A stretch of 64,000 nucleotides of DNA from Thermoplasmatota archaeon (GTDB taxonomy: Archaea > Thermoplasmatota > Poseidoniia > Poseidoniales > Thalassarchaeaceae): positions 70,935 to 134,934 of the forward strand of contig JAURCP010000002.1 of the NCBI GenBank assembly GCA_030828405.1, in the 5' to 3' direction. Below are positions 59,659 through 64,000 of this stretch, piece by piece. Under the pieces are notes generated by a model. That model was given only the letters and a program-made list of their open reading frames with translations. It made no database searches and was not told where the DNA came from. The position numbers were made by a program, and so were the translations under genes. The number at the start of each line of letters is the position of its first letter. Position 1 is the stretch's first letter.

Positions 59659-61741
59659 CGATAGGAGAGTGATTTTCTGGCTTCAATTTAGGTAATAATA
59701 CCGGAAATTTTACCACATAGCCTAATTTTATCGATAAAAATATGGATAACCAAGTAATACTAATAATTGCAATCAAAATATATATCATACTTGAGAAATC
59801 ATAAGCAGAGATTGACTCACCAGTGCTCTCAAATTGAACAACTATTGGAAGAGACTGTTGAGATGATGAAAACGCAACTACTTCTAATGTATGAGTTCCG
59901 CTTGAGAATTTATTTGAATCTACTTCTATGTACCATTCGAAAGGAGTGATTGGTCCTACTTCAACTATTGAGGAATTGAAATTAGCCTCAATCCAGTCTC
60001 CACCATCTATTCTAAAATTCACAGATTCTACTGAACCAGATGTGCTCCAAGAATGCCCGACTAGTCTTACATTATCAGTCTCATTAAATGATAAAAGATG
60101 ATTCTGAATTCCGGGATCAACTAATTCAGTTGTTCCGGTTTCTTTAAGATGGATAGCTAGTAATGTAGCAGCATAAGCGTCTATCATACCAAATCCAAAA
60201 TCTCTATTCCAATAGGGATCGACTTCTGGAAGACTTGGCTCTCCACGTCTCTCAGCAGTTTGTTTCAAAATTTCTTTGAGTTGCATTGTAGTTAGATTCT
60301 CGTTTGCTTCCCACACTAGTGCCATCACTCCTGAAACAGAAGGTGTTGCATAGGAAGTACCTGAACCACGGCCAGTATAGGAATTCTCTGATGCATCATT
60401 AATTAAATTCGAGCATCCTCCACTAGTAACGCAACCTTCAGCCTGAACTATATTAGAACCAGGTGCACTAATTTCCGGTTTTAATTCATTTAGAGGATTT
60501 CCATCGCCATTGTCCTTTCTCGGACCTCGAGATGAATAATCAGCAATCGTATCATCTTCACGAGCTACTGTATTCTGATCATCAGTGGCTCCCACGGTAA
60601 CCGATAGATCTGAAGACCCCATTCCAGAAAGACCATCGTTATTCGGGCCATCATTTCCTGCAGCAACTGAAACAATGATTCCTGCAAGCATAGCTTCATC
60701 TAAGATTCGACTATGCATATCAGAACCGTCTGAACCTCCATTCTCATGACTTGTAATGCCCCAAGATAACGAAATTATATCAATTCCATAATATTCTTCT
60801 GAAACTCCTGGCCACTCATCATCACGGTGGTCAATAACCCATTGCAGACCATTCATTGCTGATTCATAAAATTCCTGTTCTAAAAGATAATTTTCAAAGG
60901 GACCCGCCCCGACATCAGTTCCGATTCTTATGTCAACTAAAGTCGCGTTAGGAGCAGCCCCATAAAATTCAGATTGGCTTCCATCGGCCTCAATACCGGT
61001 CGCACTGGCCATCCCCATACATGCAGTCCCATGCTGATTAGCATCATCTGGATCGAAAGAACCATCATCTTCTCTTAGTGGATTTGAAAGAAGACAGGTT
61101 GGATCTGTATGAACATAACAAACTGCATCATAGCCTGCGACAAATTTATCACTGAGACCGGGGTGTTCATTATCTACACCAGTATCTACTAGTGCGATAT
61201 TCATGCCATTCCCACTTACACCTAAATCCCATGCACCTAGAGAGTACTCTGAAGAATTCTTGGCTTTGACAGAAGGTGTTTGAATATCTCCATAGAATAC
61301 AACAGAACCATATCTTTCAATCATGACTACGCCATCAAGATTAGAAATTTCGTCTATTTTATCTACATGAATGCCTCCTATTAACAGCGAATCAACAGAT
61401 GGTAATTCTAAATTAACATTAATTCCCATTAAAGAAAGTGAATTGATATCAGATTCTCGAACATCTCTAGAATATGATATTCCAATATTTACTATTCCTG
61501 TTTCATCTGCAAGAGAATCGTGAACTCCATCTCTATCAGTGTCTAACATAGTAGTTTCCCACCAAGGAATCGAGTCCCCCCAGGGTATTGATTTTTGCAG
61601 AGGTATATCAGTGGTTTCGCCAGAATTAGTTATTTGGAAATCATTTGAATGGTCATCATGACTATGGCCTTCAGCAATGCTCCCAGTTAACGGTGTCACG
61701 AGTAACAAAACCAGTAAAATTGCGACGACTCCCCTGCCCAT
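59639..61741 (-). CDS. Subtilisin-like (S8) serine protease, secreted, with C-terminal TM anchor
   Basis: Signal peptide. Catalytic triad contexts ALVDTGVD (Asp), HGTACMG (His), GTSYATPSVSG (Ser). C-terminal hydrophobic helix IYILIAIISITWLSIFLSI. Confidence 0.9.
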   Translation of the reverse strand: MGRGVVAILLVLLLVTPLTGSIAEGHSHDDHSNDFQITNSGETTDIPLQKSIPWGDSIPWWETTMLDTDRDGVHDSLADETGIVNIGISYSRDVRESDINSLSLMGINVNLELPSVDSLLIGGIHVDKIDEISNLDGVVMIERYGSVVFYGDIQTPSVKAKNSSEYSLGAWDLGVSGNGMNIALVDTGVDNEHPGLSDKFVAGYDAVCYVHTDPTCLLSNPLREDDGSFDPDDANQHGTACMGMASATGIEADGSQSEFYGAAPNATLVDIRIGTDVGAGPFENYLLEQEFYESAMNGLQWVIDHRDDEWPGVSEEYYGIDIISLSWGITSHENGGSDGSDMHSRILDEAMLAGIIVSVAAGNDGPNNDGLSGMGSSDLSVTVGATDDQNTVAREDDTIADYSSRGPRKDNGDGNPLNELKPEISAPGSNIVQAEGCVTSGGCSNLINDASENSYTGRGSGTSYATPSVSGVMALVWEANENLTTMQLKEILKQTAERRGEPSLPEVDPYWNRDFGFGMIDAYAATLLAIHLKETGTTELVDPGIQNHLLSFNETDNVRLVGHSWSTSGSVESVNFRIDGGDWIEANFNSSIVEVGPITPFEWYIEVDSNKFSSGTHTLEVVAFSSSQQSLPIVVQFESTGESISAYDFSSMIYILIAIISITWLSIFLSIKLGYVVKFPVLLPKLKPENHSPIDAEIIE

Positions 61742-61819
61742 GAGTTACTGCAAGTATAATTTATCCTTCAAACCTACCCCTTGTAGTATCTAAATTGTAA
61801 TTAAAAGTTTGACATTAAG

Positions 61820-62008
61820 TGGTGGGGGCACTGGGATTTGAACCCAGATCAGCGGGTATCTTCCGCTTAGCGTGCACTTGGCAATTGCACGCTCTCGGGT
61901 TGCGACGGGTCAGTGCTCCAGTTGGTCATCAATACCATCAGATCACTTATTCGTCGTCATTCCCGTGCAACTGGAGCCCGCTGTACTACCAAGTTATACT
62001 ATACCCCC
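61820..62008 (-). tRNA. trnW: tRNA-Trp (anticodon CCA) with 113-nt intron at the canonical 37/38 site; 3' CCA encoded
   Basis: Manual cloverleaf. Acceptor GGGGGTA/TGCCCCC. D arm GTAT-AACTTGGTA-GTAC. Anticodon stem GCGGG/CCCGC with loop CT-CCA-GA. T arm CTGGG-TTCAAAT-CCCAG. Discriminator A plus CCA. Exons are 62008-61971 and 61857-61820. Confidence 0.9.
61900..61970 (-). ncRNA. Box C/D guide RNA embedded in the tRNA-Trp intron
   Basis: C box ATGACGA (61954-61960), 12-nt guide, D' CTGA (61938-61941), 6-nt spacer, C' TGATGA (61926-61931), 12-nt guide, D CTGA (61910-61913). Terminal stem TTGC-A-CGGG / CCCG-TC-GCAA. Confidence 0.85.
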
Positions 62009-62078
62009 AAGGGTAATCCTTCGAGAGACGTTCCTCTTATGATGCTCTCGGTGTAATATCTTCTTAAATTAGATATAG

Positions 62079-64000
62079 TTAGTTAATCATTAAGGGTCCA
62101 ACGACTATACTTAGTAATACCCACATCCCTAGAATTGCACATGTTAACCCCCATGCTCGCGGTCTCAAACCAACGGTTAATGAGCCGAAAATCCTTGTCA
62201 AATCCCCAATTATTGCTAAAGTAGTTTTGAAAATTACAACTACCAAGCCAGCCATGATCATATATCCTATAAAAAATAGTATACAAACAAATAATCCAAT
62301 TAATCCTGACCTCCCCACTGCGCCAATGGCTTGAGGTATTGTACTTGGCATTCTAAGCCAAAGTAGCCATGCAACCCAGAGACCTAGATACATATCATCC
62401 AAAAATTTATTTTCTTTCCACCAAACTCTATATGGTTCAGGCAATTTAGAATAAAAGAATCTTCCAGAAATTTCGATTTCTCTAATTCCACCTCTTAATA
62501 GCATTGAAAGTCCGTGATAAAACAGTATCAAACTTAATACAATCTCTACAAAAATCCAGTAAGAACCTAGACCTAATATTGATAATAATGATACGGGTAA
62601 TGCCCACAAAGCAAAACCAATACTTGAAGAAAATAATGTCAGGACTAAACCTGCACCAGGAATAAGAGGAGAATCTGGTACTTCATATTTCTCTCCTCTA
62701 GGCATTGCTAAAACTATTAGTGGTAAGAAGGTTGTACCAAAAATTAGCCCTATTAGGTCTAAAGGCAGATTTCCTGAACCAAGATAGGATGATTGAACAG
62801 CATCCTCTATCGATTGAGAAGACATAGTTCCTGGGCTCCATGTTGAAATAAATCCTGCTGAATCAATCACAAAAACTGAGTCGGATGCTCTGCTGGGGAA
62901 AGATTTCCCGACAGATGAGTCTGCGTTATCAATTAGAACTGGCCAACTCCCATTAATTTGATTAACTAAGTTGTTTAAATCTAGACTATTGACACCCTCG
63001 CCTGTTGCAATTTGGATAAAGGCGACATTATCGTCAATCACTTTTTGGGCAATTTCGAAATCTACCCTCTGAATTTCAGCATTTGGAGAACTTGGAGTAA
63101 ATAGCCCAATCACAATAGCATCATGATTTGACAATAAATCACTAAATTCGTATAGTTGTTGATCTTCATCATGCTCATATAATGAGAATGAGGGGGCTGC
63201 TCCCTCAAATCTTGGTTCTTCGAAATCAATATCAGGCAAATACAAAGCTGGACCTAGAGTTGTCAACGCGAGTAATAAAATCACTCCATATGCAGGTAAA
63301 GGTAGTAGTGCTTCTTTCATTGAAATACCAATCCAGAAAATAATACTAAGAGGTATCAAAATAGCGGCCCAAGTTCCGTTGAATAAAGATGGATCTGGTT
63401 CTAGGACTTCAAACCTAAGAACGCCTACCAAATCACAAGTTTCTCCAGGATCCTGATCGGATAATTTGTAACAACTATCTATCATGTACTTTCCTGCAGA
63501 AAGTCGACTCTGAGATGACCAAGTCAATACTGTACGATTCATTTCATCAATTCTTATTCCATGAGGAGTTTCAAAATGATCTAATCTAGTATCTTCATCT
63601 GCATTTCCATGTATCATATCTTCCCATTCTACTGGCCCGATTACTTCTAACACCTGAGAAATATAGAGGTCATTTCCCCAAGGAGAATTAGGTGTAAACT
63701 CAACTCTAATAATTCCATTAGGGTCTACTGTCTGATCCAACTCAGGATAAATTAATTCACCTTTAAATTCTATTCCAGTGGTTGCGTCATATGTATCCCA
63801 CCATAATACTCCTGTCTGAGCACAGTCATGCATTACATCGATTTTTAGTCCGATTAAATCTCCCTTGAGAAGGCTGACATTTACATCATTCGCATCGATT
63901 AAAAATTCATGTGCCAGTGTAAATGATTCTTCCATAACGATAGAATTAGTTTGGGCATCGGAAAGAATTTGATTATTCCCCAATGAGAAAGAAACAGAAA
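62079..64000 (-). CDS. Large membrane protein with extracytoplasmic N-domain, Cys-less TlpA/thioredoxin-like domain and polytopic C-terminal domain; 5' end beyond window
   Basis: The reading frame stays open to nt 64000, and the track start at 63983 is only a TTG. The thioredoxin-fold pattern has TPSSP in place of WCxxC. The C-terminal half has about 8 hydrophobic helices. Confidence 0.6.
   Translation of the reverse strand, partial: SVSFSLGNNQILSDAQTNSIVMEESFTLAHEFLIDANDVNVSLLKGDLIGLKIDVMHDCAQTGVLWWDTYDATTGIEFKGELIYPELDQTVDPNGIIRVEFTPNSPWGNDLYISQVLEVIGPVEWEDMIHGNADEDTRLDHFETPHGIRIDEMNRTVLTWSSQSRLSAGKYMIDSCYKLSDQDPGETCDLVGVLRFEVLEPDPSLFNGTWAAILIPLSIIFWIGISMKEALLPLPAYGVILLLALTTLGPALYLPDIDFEEPRFEGAAPSFSLYEHDEDQQLYEFSDLLSNHDAIVIGLFTPSSPNAEIQRVDFEIAQKVIDDNVAFIQIATGEGVNSLDLNNLVNQINGSWPVLIDNADSSVGKSFPSRASDSVFVIDSAGFISTWSPGTMSSQSIEDAVQSSYLGSGNLPLDLIGLIFGTTFLPLIVLAMPRGEKYEVPDSPLIPGAGLVLTLFSSSIGFALWALPVSLLSILGLGSYWIFVEIVLSLILFYHGLSMLLRGGIREIEISGRFFYSKLPEPYRVWWKENKFLDDMYLGLWVAWLLWLRMPSTIPQAIGAVGRSGLIGLFVCILFFIGYMIMAGLVVVIFKTTLAIIGDLTRIFGSLTVGLRPRAWGLTCAILGMWVLLSIVVGPLMIN

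Noticed and set aside
61819-62016. 65-aa plus-strand ORF (MVGALGFEPRSAG...).
   Set aside because: It is the antisense of the intron-containing tRNA-Trp gene. The cloverleaf and C/D boxes explain the sequence fully.

Overview
AT-rich, gene-dense archaeal chromosome segment with about 65 protein genes. I saw no transposases, integrases, CRISPR arrays or recognisable defence island. The backbone is the archaeal S10/spc-type ribosomal-protein cluster (uL3 to uL15 plus secY, about 32.3-46.7 kb, minus strand). It runs directly into a solitary 16S rRNA gene (30381-31852, minus) that has its own UUCG hairpin and T8 terminator. No 23S or 5S rRNA gene occurs anywhere in the 64 kb. Other content is mostly housekeeping: aIF2-beta, dUTPase, class I LysRS, carAB, Trm56, folP, thiolase, a flotillin/NfeD cluster, an Aap-type amino-acid ABC transporter, a Hef-type helicase, a thermosome, a subtilase, a 1146-aa surface protein, and an intron-containing tRNA-Trp. 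Gene content, dispersed rRNA and low GC suggest a planktonic Thermoplasmatota archaeon (Marine Group II/Poseidoniales-like). That placement is inference only. Most unusual items: (1) A translationally coupled gene pair (48701-51732). One gene fuses two FMN-flavodoxin modules to an SdhB/FrdB-like domain that has lost essentially all Fe-S cysteine ligands. Its partner is an HdrB/SdhE-like CCG protein that is also cysteine-depleted. (2) A 113-nt tRNA-Trp intron carries a complete box C/D guide RNA. Its D guide targets C34 of its own anticodon. Its D' guide has no visible target. (3) SecY carries an SD-supported extra N-terminal module of about 125 aa with four predicted TM segments. (4) Ribosomal protein eL32 has an N-terminal SAP-like motif. 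(5) A structured, GC-enriched spacer lies upstream of the uL3 operon.
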